64,000 nt of DNA from the NCBI GenBank assembly GCA_050084985.1, contig JBITNC010000001.1:90396001-90460000 (forward strand), written 5' to 3'. Under the pieces are notes generated by a model that saw nothing but the letters and a program-made list of their open reading frames with translations, was not told the origin of the DNA and did not search any database. This document shows positions 37,701 through 51,034 of the stretch, piece by piece. Made by a program: the position numbers and the translations under genes. Within the stretch, counting starts at the first letter, position 1. Every line of letters starts with the position of its first letter. The DNA comes from Nageia nagi. Its lineage: Eukaryota; Plantae; Pinophyta.

Positions 37701-39406
37701 ATTTTATCCCAAGTTATGCAACTTGAGATTCAAGATGTTTGAAATCTTCATTAGTTAAAGTTCTTGAATTGGGTGCACGATTGCCAACATTCATGTTGAT
37801 GGTAGCATTCGTGCTAGTTTGAGTGATAATTTCAATTATCAATGTAGATGATTTCGTAATAAGAGCTTGAAACTTGGGAATTGGCATCAATTTGGTCAAG
37901 ACTTTGAGAGTTATGTTTGTCATTTTTTTCACACTCATAAAATAGCTGATCAAATGCAACCAAGAACCCTAGGATTCTTGATGTAAAAAGATAGGTAGGT
38001 TCAATAGCACTTGTATTCTAACCCTAATTAAAAGAAAAAAATTACTATAAAGGTATCACCTAGGATTTTACTCCAAATGAACTAAAGTGCACATAAATAT
38101 TTATTGAATAATTTATCTAAACTGATTAACTCAAATAAGAATATGCAAATAAAAGAATATAACAATGTAGTAAAAAAATAATGAAATTACATTTATATCA
38201 AAATGTAAAACGAGTGACATGCACTAAAGAGAAAGGAATAAAGTGAAAGATAAATACTTATGTCCTTACTTATGTCAATGTTAAGGATATGATTGACGAA
38301 CTTATCAAAGAGCAACGACCTTGTTGTGTGAACCTTAAGGCCAACTATAGAAGAAACACTAGCATGGGTGCAAACATTCCTGAAGAATGAGATTCGCCAA
38401 TAAGGATCGATCCAACAGAAATGATGATAAATTGAACTAACATATGATCGTGAAAGTGGATAAAAAAGTTCACTTGAGTGATAACAATATTCCAATCTCA
38501 ATAGGCAACGTTTAGAAATAGCCAAGTGTAGGGTATCAGCTATCGAAATGTAATGTTAACATGTTTTCCCCAAGTTAGATATACTTACATTTATATCAGG
38601 CGAGATTCACCATTTGACCCCTTGAATATTGGTTGAAGCCATCCTGATGTACCTAACATAAAATATAAGAACATAACTTGATAAATATGTGATAGTAAAA
38701 TAAAACATGATTAAAAGTTTGTGTAAAGTTGCACCTATGTGGGATCATGCTAAGAGGATCACTTTTAGGTGTTAATGAATCTTACTAAATGTTTACAAGG
38801 CTCCAATGCATATTAGTAAGACTGTGCACTCATTTTAAGAGAACTTGCAATTTTTGAAGATGAAATAATATCATAGTAATTTTTAGAGCTTAGCTTAAAT
38901 TATTTCCACCTTATAAAATCCTAAATGAGTTTAATGTAATAACATAATAGGAATTAATATAGATTAATTCTATTTTATTCAAAAATTAAATTCTTAAATA
39001 ATTTATGTTATTTTACCTCAAATCAAATAAACTATAAATTACTTTGCAAAATATACTTAATTATTTCAAGTTTTCTTGATTTTTTTATAAAAAATCATAA
39101 CTTATTATATATTCCAATATTTATTTTTAACAAAAAAATTAGAATATTATAAATTGCAACTATATAATAAATATCTTAGCATAGTTAAAAATTTAACAAA
39201 AAAAAAAGATTTAAATATGAAAGAAATTAAAAACATCAATTTTCAAAAGATCTAAAGCTTAACCATAGAAAATATGTTAGATTTAACTTTTAGTTTCTTA
39301 AAAATTGAAACAAGGTTAAAGGTTATATATACCTTAAATGAGGGTTACGTTAAGAAGATGGGGTTAAAAATTGAAGCAAGTAACCATAAGGAGGCTTTGA
39401 TACCAC

Positions 39407-40077
39407 ATGGAGGAATTAAATGATTCCTTAAATAAGATCACTTACACATACTCCAACAAATTAACACTCATTATAACATCTTTCTTTCAAAACAACAATG
39501 AACAATCACATAAAGAGAGGTAAATTTTATAGTGGGTTCTCTCTATAAGAGAGAACTCTACTTTAATCTAAATATATTACTTATCTTCTCAAGATATCTC
39601 TTACAACCTTTATATCAACCGAAATCTCTCTAGAAATTATTAGCATGATAATGCTTCAACTACAAGTATTTATTACAACAAATCCTAACCTTCCTTTTAT
39701 AGGATAAAATCCTACTTTGGTTCACCCTTTTACCCAAGGGGTATACTAAAGTCCATGTAATATGCACATCATCATATTATGTGAGAATGGTAGGTGGAAG
39801 ATTTTCTACCTATGCATATTCAATAGTTACATATGCCCACACTTATATTTTAAGTGTGTGGGTCTACATACACATGTGGAAATACCCCTAATAAAAAATA
39901 AATGGGGCTCCATATTTGCATACATGAATAATCAAAATTTTATAATAAGTGGATTATTCCATTTTGCAAAATATTTTTCCTCCTAACTTAGGTGTTGTAT
40001 ATGTTCCTTTGATTTTTAATTAATTAGGAATAATATACCTAAGTTGTTTACACAATAATGCATTATATGTTCTAACA
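39407..40077 (-). mobile_element. Copia-family LTR with adjacent PBS remnant
   Basis: Preceded by ctttgatacca. Shares tcacccttttacccaagggg and taatgcattata..aaca with the LTRs at 31698 and 34017, and is the inverted homologue of 63112-63759. Confidence 0.65.
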
Positions 40078-42935
40078 AAGGAAGATGCAAAACTTATCAT
40101 AGTAATTACATTTCCATATAATATATAAAATAACTAATTCTTTTCTATTAACATTTTTTAGCAATTATGTAACTTAAAGAAGTCTATCTTATTCACAATA
40201 CATGAATAGTTTCCAACAAATGTATCCTTCCATTTGCATGTGCAAAGACTATTATGACATTCTTATGGAATCATTAGCATCCCTTTGGTATTGAATGGTG
40301 TCAATAATTGTGAACTGTTTTACCTTAGATTTTAGAACATATATGGTTTGAATCTTATACTTTATTTTATTAAATGTGTTGCATAAGGAATATTGAATAA
40401 ATATCCCAATTTTTATATCTACGTTCATTGAAAAAGATAATTAAATATTTCAAATGAGGTAGAATCGAGGCTCCATTATATAAAGGATTACTTATGATGA
40501 ATTTCAATTATGTTAGTATTAAGTGAAAAGGAATGATCTTGATCATGGTATATCCAAAACCAATGGTAAAGCATAAAAAGGTAAAGAATAAGTTTTGTAG
40601 TGTTTGTTTGACCATAATAAACACCGAGTTTGAACTTGGTAATGAAGCACATGAAAGAGGCCAATGAAAATCATACATGTTTCATAAATGGTAACAATAA
40701 CATGTGATTATAAAGTTATACGAGATAAATAAGGAGCACCATCACTAAATCAAAGAATATTGATTTTCAAACATGGAGCCACCAAACATTGATGGTGGTG
40801 ATAGCAGCAATAATTTGAGTGGTAAAAGGTGGCAACAACATATATTGAAAATCTTGAGGAGAGATAAAGAAATGTTGATGGAGGTCGTAGATTCAAGATC
40901 GAGAATTAGTAGAATGGTGGGTAAGACCATGAAAGATGCCCAATTACTATTAGAGTATATGTAGATAAGAATTGTCACCTTAGAATGATGGAGCGATGAC
41001 ATATGAGCAATCTTTGACTTTTTTACTAAGCCATACTTTATAATATTTCAACTACTTATAGCCTGGTAGATAGTTTCTTACTATGTAAAGACTTAATTTT
41101 TTTTTTATTACTTTTGCATGTTGAGCTTAATCAAAGATCTCTTCATAAATGTAAAAGGTTAACGGGGCCTTTTAAAATCCAATATATCAAATCTAATAAT
41201 AAATAAAGAACATCTTTAAAGAGGGAAAATTGTAAACACCTAAAATTAATTTATAAAAAAATAATAATCTAGGTATCTAAAATATTTTACTAATTAGAGG
41301 GAATAACAATGTTATAATTTCAAAATTCTAAAAAAGATCAACTAATCCTCTTATTGTCTTATTTCTTTTAAAAGGTAGAAAAGGAAGTCTCACAAACTCT
41401 TTCTTGAGGAGTCAAGGTGTAAAGAATCATAACAATTGACTTGTAAAATCATATAAGCTCACTATGATAATCAATTTGAAACTAATTCATCAAGGAGTAC
41501 ATTATATGAATATCAAGTAAACATGGTGGTTATTTCACACTAAAATATCAAGTTTCAAGCTAAAGAAAATGAAGTGAATTTGAGATTCAAGACCCTAAAT
41601 TTATCCAAAAGCCCCCACAAGTTTTATACATGTAAATGCCTTAAGAATATGATTACCAACAATCATATTTTAGGCTTATATGAGTGATAACACTCCTATT
41701 TTTTAAGTGCTTTTATCTTAGAAGGTTTATGGTTTCATCATTTTATTTTAAAAGTTTATATGACCTTGGTTTCTTTATTTCAAGTATTTCATACATGTTT
41801 TGAACTATTATTTCATTTTTATTTTGGTTTTGGTTACCAATAAATTGGGAGCATATTGATCATCATTGATATTCATTCTACCCTTATAAAGTCCAAGACA
41901 AGATGCATTAATCCCCTCAAAGTCATTGAATTTGTAGGCATCTTTGGGAGAAGTTTGGCGATAATTCTCAAAGGGTTAGATCCATCCAAAATAGTTGCTC
42001 AAGTATTTATTATATTTCATGCTTAATGTTGTTATATGTAGTTAGAACTAGGATTATTATAGATAATTATTTATATTTATCGTATATCTCTTATGTACCT
42101 TAGTTTATCATATTACATCATATTGTTATTTTTTTTTATCATTTATGGACAAAGTAATGTATTTGCAAATTAAATTTTTCAAAAAGCATTTTATTTTGTC
42201 TATAATGTGTATGCATTTTATAAGAGAAAAGGCATGGATAATGATGAAATCCTTCTAAAGATGGTAGGGATAAGATTCTTGACCTCGAGCATATGGAACT
42301 TAAGATTGATGAACTAGTTTAACCTTAAAGTGAATTCTCATGGGAAGATTTATGATTGTAATAACCATTTCCCTCATAAGCTGTTTCGGTATACATGCTA
42401 GCTAAAAAATTACCTCCCCCATAAGTATTGCTCGAGCATGTTAACTTTTCCATAATATGATATTTTAATATTTATATGGTGAAGTTGAAAGTTATCTTGT
42501 AATACTTGGTTCATTATTTAATTTCACCATAAATTAACTATATGCATTTATACTACATTCTTATGATTATTTGTATTGAGCTCATAAATTGAAAGTCTTT
42601 TACGATATACCGATGAAACATGTATTCCTTGATTGATACCAACATTCCATCTTCTTTCTTCTCATAATTACTTTAAAAAAATACCAAATATTTATTTTCC
42701 TTTTGAAAAACAAAACCGACACTTTTTTTGATAATTATAAATAAAAATACTAGAATAAATCATAATTCAATACCATTATTATAACTAATTATATTTAACT
42801 ATATCATTCTATTTAATATCATTTGCTATAATTTAATGAGAAAATAGAATCTACTTGGTTTAGGATATCTTGTAGGTGCCAATCATCCGGGCGGGCAGGA
42901 AGGCAAGGCAAAGAGTGCGCATGTGGTACTTAATA

Positions 42936-42984
42936 GTCCCACATGGGAGGGGAGAAGAGAACCTGGCCTAAGGAGAGACTATAA
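42936..42984 (+). promoter_or_regulatory. Plant snRNA promoter: USE (GTCCCACATGG) + TATA, Pol II spacing
   Basis: USE at 42936-42946 and TATAA at 42980-42984, 33 bp apart; TATA at about -31. Confidence 0.9.
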
Positions 42985-43010
42985 GATTGTAGGGGAGTAA
43001 GGAGGTAACC

Positions 43011-43165
43011 ATCTTTGCGCTTGGGGCAATGACGCAGCTAGTGAGGTAAAACCGAGGCGCGTCAATTGCTGGTTGAAAACTATTTCCAAACCCCCTCATC
43101 GGCCTTCCTCCTTGGTTGGCCGTTGAGAATTTTTGTAAAGGCCTACCTTCTTGGTTTGGGCCTCT
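43011..43165 (+). ncRNA. U4: U4 spliceosomal snRNA (copy 1)
   Basis: ATCTTTGCGCTTGGGGCAATGACGCAGCTAGTGAGG...GAGGCGCGTCAATTGCTGGTTGAAAACTATTTCCAAACCCCCTC matches plant U4. Sm site AATTTTTG, 3' stem-loops and an upstream USE/TATA are present. Confidence 0.96.
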
Positions 43166-43329
43166 CTACTCTAAAGCTAAATTGAAGCTGTAAATTTGAT
43201 ATGTGATTTTAATTCTAGCATTAGTGCCGTATTAGATTTATGGTCTTTTACTTTAAATTGCGGGTTTAATTTTCAGTTAGTGCATATGTTGTAAGTCTTT
43301 TTCCTAAGCAATTTTATGATTATATTTTT

Positions 43330-43900
43330 AGTTTTTCCCATCTAGCCAAACAAACAATTCTATCGTCTTGATCTTTTGCTTGTTCTACATGAAAGGGCCT
43401 GAATTGCATTAAAAAGTGCAGCATGTAAGAAGTTTGCCACTGTGGACCTCTCTTTTATCTAGGTCTGTGCGTTCACTCGTTTTTAGGTAAATAATCGAAA
43501 GCAAACAAAATGGAGGAATTGAACCGCAAAAATGATAATAATATTGTGTATTAGGACTTAGGAGTAGCCGATAAATAGGCCAGTTGCTCTTACTCAATAA
43601 AGTAGTCTTTTGTTTTACAGATTTTTATCATCTTGGCTCCCCAGTGAATGATATAAACCCTCCCATTCCTCAAATATGTTTGTTTCCCCGAAGGACTATA
43701 GTGTATTGAGATAAAATGTAAAGCAATGGTTACTTTTCTATATAAATTAGGATCATCAATCAGTCATTCAATCTTTCTGGGGTTTCCAATTCCGAAATTA
43801 TGGAAAGGGAAGGATCAAACGCTGGAGTTGACATTTTGCGAAGATCAAAGCAACCACTTCTACACACTCATCAATTTGTCCAATCTTCAGCTTCAATGAA
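43330..43900. repeat. U4-downstream module, copy 1 (middle part)
   Basis: Aligns to about 51840-52265 and 59330-59760. Confidence 0.75.
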
Positions 43901-44735
43901 TATTCGAAGGAGCTGTATGAGAGAACTTAATTGAGTTAATTTTACAATAAATCATATATTATGTATTGCAATATATTGTGTACTAATTGTCATATTATTA
44001 TTATTATTGTTTTTTTTTTTGGATAACATAAATAGAAAAAAGTAAGAAGAAAAAGAACGATAATTTTTGTAATTTTGTATGTAGTTAAAAGTTATAAATG
44101 AAAGAATTTAAATTATTTTTAATGTTTACAAAATTGATATCAATAGAAGAAGATTTTATTTCGAGTAAAAAAATATTTTTTGTATTATTAATAATGTCCA
44201 TGATGTGTATTTCACTATTTCATTTATATAATATTTTTGGTTTAAATTGTTTTTGATGAGTTACAAATTTGTGCGGAGGATTGACACCCATCGTATGTAC
44301 GCTCAATTTTGTGATAGGATGTTCATTTTATCATATTTTAAAATATAAGATTATTTTATAAATAATTTTCATGTGAATAGAGCTCATAAATTGAAAGTCT
44401 TTTATGATATACCGATGAAACATGTATTCCTTGATTGATACCAACATTCCATCTTCTTTCTTCTCATAATTACTTTAAAAAATACCAAATATTTATTTTC
44501 CTTTTGAAAAACAAAACCGAAATTTTTTTGATAATTATAAATAAAAATAAAAGAAAAAACCATCATTCAATACCATTATTATAACTAACTATATTTAAGT
44601 ATATCATTCTATTTAATATCATTTGCTATAATTTAATGAGAAAATAAAATCTACTTGGTTTAGAATATCTTGTAGGTGTCAATCATCCGGGCGGGCAGGA
44701 CGGCAAGTAAAAGACTGCGCATGTGGTATTTAATC

Positions 44736-44784
44736 GTCCCACATGGGAGGGGAGAAGAGAACCTGGCCGAAGGAGAGACTATAA
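44736..44784 (+). promoter_or_regulatory. USE + TATA of U4 copy 2
   Basis: GTCCCACATGG at 44736-44746 and TATAA at 44780-44784. Confidence 0.9.
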
Positions 44785-44811
44785 GATTGGTAGGGGAGGA
44801 AGTATAAAATT

Positions 44812-44966
44812 ATCTTTGCGCTTGGGGCAATGACGCAGCTAGTGAGGTAAAACCGAGGCGCGTCAATTGCTGGTTGAAAACTATTTCCAAACCCCCTCTT
44901 CGGCCTTCCTCCTTGGTTGGCCCTAGAGAATTTTTGGAAAGGCCTTGCCTCTCGGCTTGGGCCTCT
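44812..44966 (+). ncRNA. U4: U4 spliceosomal snRNA (copy 2, variant 3' domain)
   Basis: 5' domain identical to copy 1; Sm site AATTTTTGG; 3' stems altered but still able to pair. Confidence 0.96.
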
Positions 44967-45109
44967 CAACACCAATGCTAAACTGCAGTGTAAGTATATC
45001 GAAGCCCTGACTGGAATATCTCTTAAATTTAAGTTTTGATTTCCATTTATGGTATTGTGGTGTTGTTTGATTTATTGTAATCCCCTTGTAAGTCTATTCT
45101 ACTATATTA

Positions 45110-46620
45110 ATTTTTCTCAGCCTATGTTGTAGATATCTTGCCTCTTCCACCTAGCCGAACAATATTATTGGAGGAATATGTAGGTGGAACACGCAATGAC
45201 AAAATATATAGCAACGAATAGCATGCCTTTAGAGGACCACACCATCAGAAGATTTTTCATCTCGTTGACAGCTTTGTGCCCTTTATTCCTCTTAGCCTAT
45301 ACCTTATTATTAGTCTTACAGCTTTTGCTTTATGATGGCTTTTTCAATCTTGGAAACTCAGCTTTTCGGCTCAACGCCTAAAGTTGGTCACCTGATAGGC
45401 ACGCTAGATCCTGAAGATGATAGTCCAGTTTTGCGGAGAATTCATCATTTGGGTCCTAGAGGAATAGTTAGAAGAAGCCACCAATCTTTGAGCACCGTTC
45501 AGATTTGTTTTCCCTAGATTGATATGAAACACACTCCGAAAAAAGCTCCTATCGACCCTGTTAATATTACTGAAGCGAGAAATGTGTTTTAACTGATTTG
45601 AATAAGCCCTTTTATCAGATGCCTACATTTACTTATCCCACTTTTTTCTAATAATTAAGGAGTTTGGTTTTTGATTTGGGTTGCGAGGAGATGTGGATCT
45701 TGGCCTATTTTGTTTTTGAAAGGTTCACTGAAATGTAGAGTTTTCTCTTGGTTTCTGGTTATTTAAGAGATGAGATTGTAATTCTGCTTACTTTTGATTA
45801 CCCTAATGCAGGCAATGAAAGGTGGCCCTTTCTTTAATCTAGGTCTTTTCGTTCGCTTGTTTTTATGTAAATAATCGAAAACAAACAAAATGGAGATGGA
45901 ACCACTGAAATGCTAAGAATTTTGTGCATTAGGCCAAGCTGGAGCGAGGAAATGTTACAAGTGTCTCCAAGTTTATTCCTTCTCCTGCGCGACATCCATC
46001 TACAGGGCACAAGTTCACGAGGAGATGCAGGGCCATGACAAGCAGGCTGCTTCGTCCAAGAGGTGAACATGTTCCATCTTTAACATTTCAATATAGTTTT
46101 GGAGTATTAAGTGATTCATTTAAAGAAATTATCCATCTATAAGTAAAACGAACTACCTGGTTTATAGTATGTCAGCTTCCTATCTATGATTTTTTTCTTC
46201 TGTTTGTTGTATTGGCAGCTACTATTAAGGGTCCTTAAATTCAGAGAAAAAGCGAAGAAAGAGTAACATGTTTATTTTTCATCGTCAAAGTGATTTATGG
46301 GTAACTAGTTTTCCTTATCCACTTCAGTTGGATGAGAATGGAGATGGCAATCCAGGAATGTACGCCCAAGGTTCTTTCTAGAAGATATATCTGCTAATAC
46401 TCGATATCAACACTCCATGATCAAGGGCGCAGAGAAAAGGTGTTTACTGGATGGCATATGACTACTCCCATGATCACTTCCTAAGTGGGTTGGATTGCAA
46501 GGCAGTGGTGGTTATAGGAAAAAGCTACGATGCACGCAGAATTATATATTATAATAGCTGTTTTATATAGGTGTGATCATGACAGTAGTCATATATCCAT
46601 CTAGTAAATACATCTTCACT
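45110..46620. repeat. U4-downstream module, copy 2 (internal ~330-bp deletion)
   Basis: Aligns to 51035-52960 and 59130-60360. Confidence 0.75.
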
Positions 46621-48254
46621 CCCCAGTCCGATTGAGGAACCTTTTTGTTTGATTGGTAGCTAGTTCTTTTTGTGCCCATACTTATTTTAAAGGTGAAGTT
46701 ATCTCTGTACTCTTTGCCAGAAGATAGCAGTACCCAAATTCATTCAAAATGGTTTCTATATAAATTGAATTAGCGATTACGATTCCCGGTCAAATAATTT
46801 TAGATCTGTATTGAAAGGAGCATTATGAACGAACTCAGTTGATTTTTTAATTTTACAGTGAATCATATATTCATGTATTCTATATTAATTATCATCTTTT
46901 TAATTAAATAATTAGAAAAAATAAGAATAAAAGGATAATTTGGGTGCAATTTTGTATGTAGTAAAAACTTTATAAATGTAAGAATTTAAATTATATTATT
47001 ATTTACAAAAATGATATTGATAAAAGATTATATTTGGAGTCAAAAACTAATTATTTTAAATATTTATAAAATCGATATTGGTAAAAGATTCTGTTTGGAG
47101 TCAAAAACACAATTTTTTTAGAATATTTGTTTCATTTGATAAAATATACTTTTTTTAAATATCTATTTTACCTAATAACGTTAAGTTAATATGCCATCAA
47201 ATCATGTTGAGATCTTACAATAAGAAATGTTTAAAATATCTTATATTACGATCTTTTAATGCGTGAACATCATTATATTGACCAATCTAAACCCATTATA
47301 TGATCTTTTTAAGAAAATATGGAAACCTCCAACAAAACCAACTTCGTGACTAATAATAAAAAAGTCTTGTCTCTCCATAATAGTAGATGAAGCAAAAGAT
47401 ACTTCTCCAACTCTACATGTTTTATCATGTGAATATTTAATGTATACTTTTGTGGGCATTTGTGAAGTTTTAATATAGTTTCAATAAACTAAATGATACG
47501 AATTCGTAAATTTGAAATCAATAATGGAGTATTACATCAATGGTGCAAATTATCAAAAATTGAATATATAAATAGTACAATCAAATATGTACAATTTTGA
47601 ATGGAATTTAGTTGGATCTTTTATTCAACATATCATATTTTATTTGGTTTTTTATATTAAGTTATACATCAAGATGAAATAATTCAATCAATCTCATTGT
47701 TTAAGTAACTTAACAATTAAATACATAACATTTAAGAGAGAACACAATAACATAACATTTAATAGAGAACATAATAGTTGGAATGTGAAATAACAAGAAA
47801 AGAAATGAATAAAATATGAAAATACTTAAAATTAAGCGAAATGCAATGTTCATAAAATATGATTCAAGAGAGAACATAATAGTTTAACATTTAAGAGAGA
47901 ACACAATAGTTGGAATGTGAAATAATAAGAAAAGAAATTAACAAAATATGAAAAGATCCAAAATTAAGTGAAGCGCAATACTCACATTTATGAAACGTGG
48001 TTACGTTTTGTTAGAAATACGATGGCAATTGCATTTGAAATTAATCGATGAAAAGCGATGGTTTATGGGTAAAAAATTGAAAACTTGATTTTGATGATAG
48101 ATTTTGCTCTTCAAGTTGTTTCAATTTCCAACAATTTAATCCATGTGAATATTTTATTTATACAATATTTTAAAGGGTTTACTTTTATGTAGATTTGATC
48201 CCTTTACCACCTACTCAAAGCAAACCATGCAATGTTTTAAAGGAATTCTTTTGC

Positions 48255-48590
48255 CTCTTATAATTAAGTGGACTTCTAATATATAAAGAGATTATCTTAA
48301 CGTCGAGGGTGAACCTTACAAATTAATCTATATATTTGTAAAACACTTGACCTTCAAAATGTTGGTAGTAACTCTTTGAAATCATTAGAAAATCCACCTC
48401 ATACATGTAAAATTGATCCCTTCAAAAGTTACAATTAAGTAGACTTCTAATATATAAAATGATTATCTTAACTTCAACCTTACAAGTTAATCTACCTCTT
48501 CATAAGACACTTTACCTTTGAAATGTTGGTAGTAACTCTTTGAAATCATTACAAAATCCACCTTGTACATGTAAAATTGATTTGTTCAAA
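48255..48590. repeat. Tandem duplication of ~170 bp
   Basis: aattaagt(g/a)gacttctaatatataaa...aaatgttggtagtaactctttgaaatcatta..aaatccacct..tacatgtaaaattgat occurs twice. Confidence 0.8.
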
Positions 48591-50669
48591 ATTTTGAAGA
48601 TCATCTTGAAAATATGAAACTCCATTGTTATGCAATAAATTCAAAAGCAAAGTTTCTTTTCTTGCCTTTATGATATGAAATTTCATGATTATATAATAAC
48701 ACAAGTTTCTTCCAAATTTTAAAAGGTTTAAAAGTGAGATCCTACCTCTAACCAATTGTTCGTACTAAAAGACATATTCTATCATTATAGTTATGTTATA
48801 TAATGTTGAACTCTATGTTTTAGGGCATCTTCAAGTTGTGTTATAATACCTATAATAAAGTATTCATAAATATTTCATATATTTGTAAGATAAGTTCCAT
48901 CATATTGTATCTTATCTTTTTGGTGGTATCTTGATATATTCCATCCTATATTTTTATTAGCATCTTTAGGTTATTTTGTAAGAGCCTTCAAATCACGTTT
49001 GAACCCTATAAATGTTGTATTTTCTTTATTATGATTTTTTTTACATAAATACTAGCTTAGATATCTTAGACATGTGTTTAAAAATATCAAAGAGGTTTTA
49101 ATTTTGTGGAGTCTATCTTGGAAATCACATTTTCAAGAAAATATGGGGGCTATTTTGCACCAAAATATCAAGTTTCAAGATAAAGAAAATGAAATGAATT
49201 TGAGATTTGAGATCCTATATTTATCTAAAAGCCCCCACAATTTTTATATATGCAAAATGCCCTAAGAATATGATTACCAATAATCATATTTTAGGTTTAT
49301 ATGAGTGACAACACTCCTATTTTTTAAGTGCTTTTATCTTAGAGGGTTTATGGTTCCATCATATTTTAGTTTTAAAAGTTTATATAACTTTGGTTTCTTC
49401 ATTTCAAGTATTTCATGCATGTTTTGAACTAAATGGGGAGCATATTAATCGTCATTGATGTTAATCCTAACCCTCATCAAATCCAATACAAGTTGCATTA
49501 ATCTCCTCAAAGTTATTAAATTTGTAGGTATCTTTGGGAGAAGTTTGGTGATAATTCTCAAAGGGTTAGATCCATCAAAAATAGTTGCTCAAGTATTTAT
49601 TATATTTCATGCAGTTAGAACTAGGATTAAAACAAGTAATTATTTTTATTTATCATAGATCTCTTATGTACCCTAATTTATCATATTGCATTATATATAT
49701 ATATATATTATCATTTATAGACAAAGTATTTGTAGATTAAATATTTCAAAAAGCATTTTATTCTGTCTATAATGTGTATCTAATTTATAAGAGAAAATGT
49801 ATGGATAATGATGAAATCCTTCTAAAGATGGTAGGGATGAGATTTTGGACCTCAAACATATGGAACCTAAGATTGATGAACTATTTTCACCAAATATTTA
49901 ATTACATTCAAAGGTGCGAATGATAATATTTTACACATATCAGATCGTGGGATAAGGTGGAACCATATGTGAGCCATAAAGGTTATTAATGGCGAGGACA
50001 TAAATAATGTTGACTTTAGAGTGAGTTCTCATGGGAAGATTTATGATTGCAATAACCCTTTCCCCCCTATAAGGTGTTTTGGTGTACATGTTAGCTAAAA
50101 GATTGCCTTCGCCATAAGTATATTGCTTGAGCATGTTAACTCCTTCATAATGTGATTATTTAATATTTATATGGTGAAGTTGAAAGTTATCTTGTAACAT
50201 TTGGTTCATTGTATAATCTCACCATAAATTAACTATCTGCATTTACACTACATTCTCATGATTATTTGTATTGAGCTCATAAATTAAAGGTCTTTTATGA
50301 TATACTAATGAAACAATATATATTTCTCGATCGACATCAACATTCCTTTTTTCTCATAATTACTTTTAAAAGATACCAAATATTTATTTTCCTTTTGAAA
50401 AACAAAACTAACAAACAACTATTTACGAAAAAACCAACACGTTGTTTTTTTGATAATTATAAATAAAAATAACTTGAATAAGAATAAATCATAATTCAAT
50501 ACCATTATTATAACTAACTATATTTAACTACATCATTCTATTTAATATCATTTGCTATAATTTAATGAGAAAATAGAATCTACTTGGTTTTAGCATATGA
50601 TGGTAAGAAGTGACAGTCATCAGGGCGGGCAGGAAGGCAAGGAAAAGAGTGCGCATGTGGTATTTAATA

Positions 50670-50719
50670 GTCCCACATGGGAGGGGAGAAGAGGATCTGG
50701 CCGAAGGAGAGACCATAAG
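50670..50719 (+). promoter_or_regulatory. USE + mutated TATA (CATAA) of U4 copy 3
   Basis: GTCCCACATGG at 50670-50680; CATAAG at 50714-50719 where the other copies have TATAAG. Confidence 0.85.
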
Positions 50720-50745
50720 ATTGGTAGGGGAGGTAGGATAAAATT

Positions 50746-50899
50746 ATCTTTGCGCTTGGGGCAATGACGCAGCTAGTGAGGTAAAACCGAGGCGCGTCAA
50801 TTGCTGGTTGAAAACTATTTCCAAACCCCCTCATCGGCCTTCCTCCTTGGTTGGCCGTTGAGAATTTTTGTAAAGGCCTACCTTCTTGGTTTGGGCCCT
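50746..50899 (+). ncRNA. U4: U4 spliceosomal snRNA (copy 3)
   Basis: Identical to copy 1 over about 152 nt. Confidence 0.95.
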
Positions 50900-51034
50900 C
50901 CAGTCGAAGGCTAAACTGCATTGTAAGTATATCTGATCTTTTAGCGTAATGTATTTTAAATTTGAGATTTGATGTGCGTTTATATCATTTATGTTCTTTG
51001 ATTTACTATTAATTTCCTTGGAAAACATTTTTAT

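Noticed and set aside
43870-43882. AATTTGTCCAA (also at about 52235) resembling the U7 Sm site AAUUUGUCUAG
   Set aside because: Imperfect match, no adjacent 3' stem-loop, no USE/TATA upstream, and not conserved in copy 4.
46250-46500. LGSDH in the minus frame of the downstream module as an L1 endonuclease motif
   Set aside because: No GDFN or RLDR motif upstream and no RT motifs downstream in any copy.
44730-50921. Similar minus-strand ORFs (81 and 85 aa) as a conserved small protein family
   Set aside because: They are the antisense reading of U4 snRNA and its promoter.
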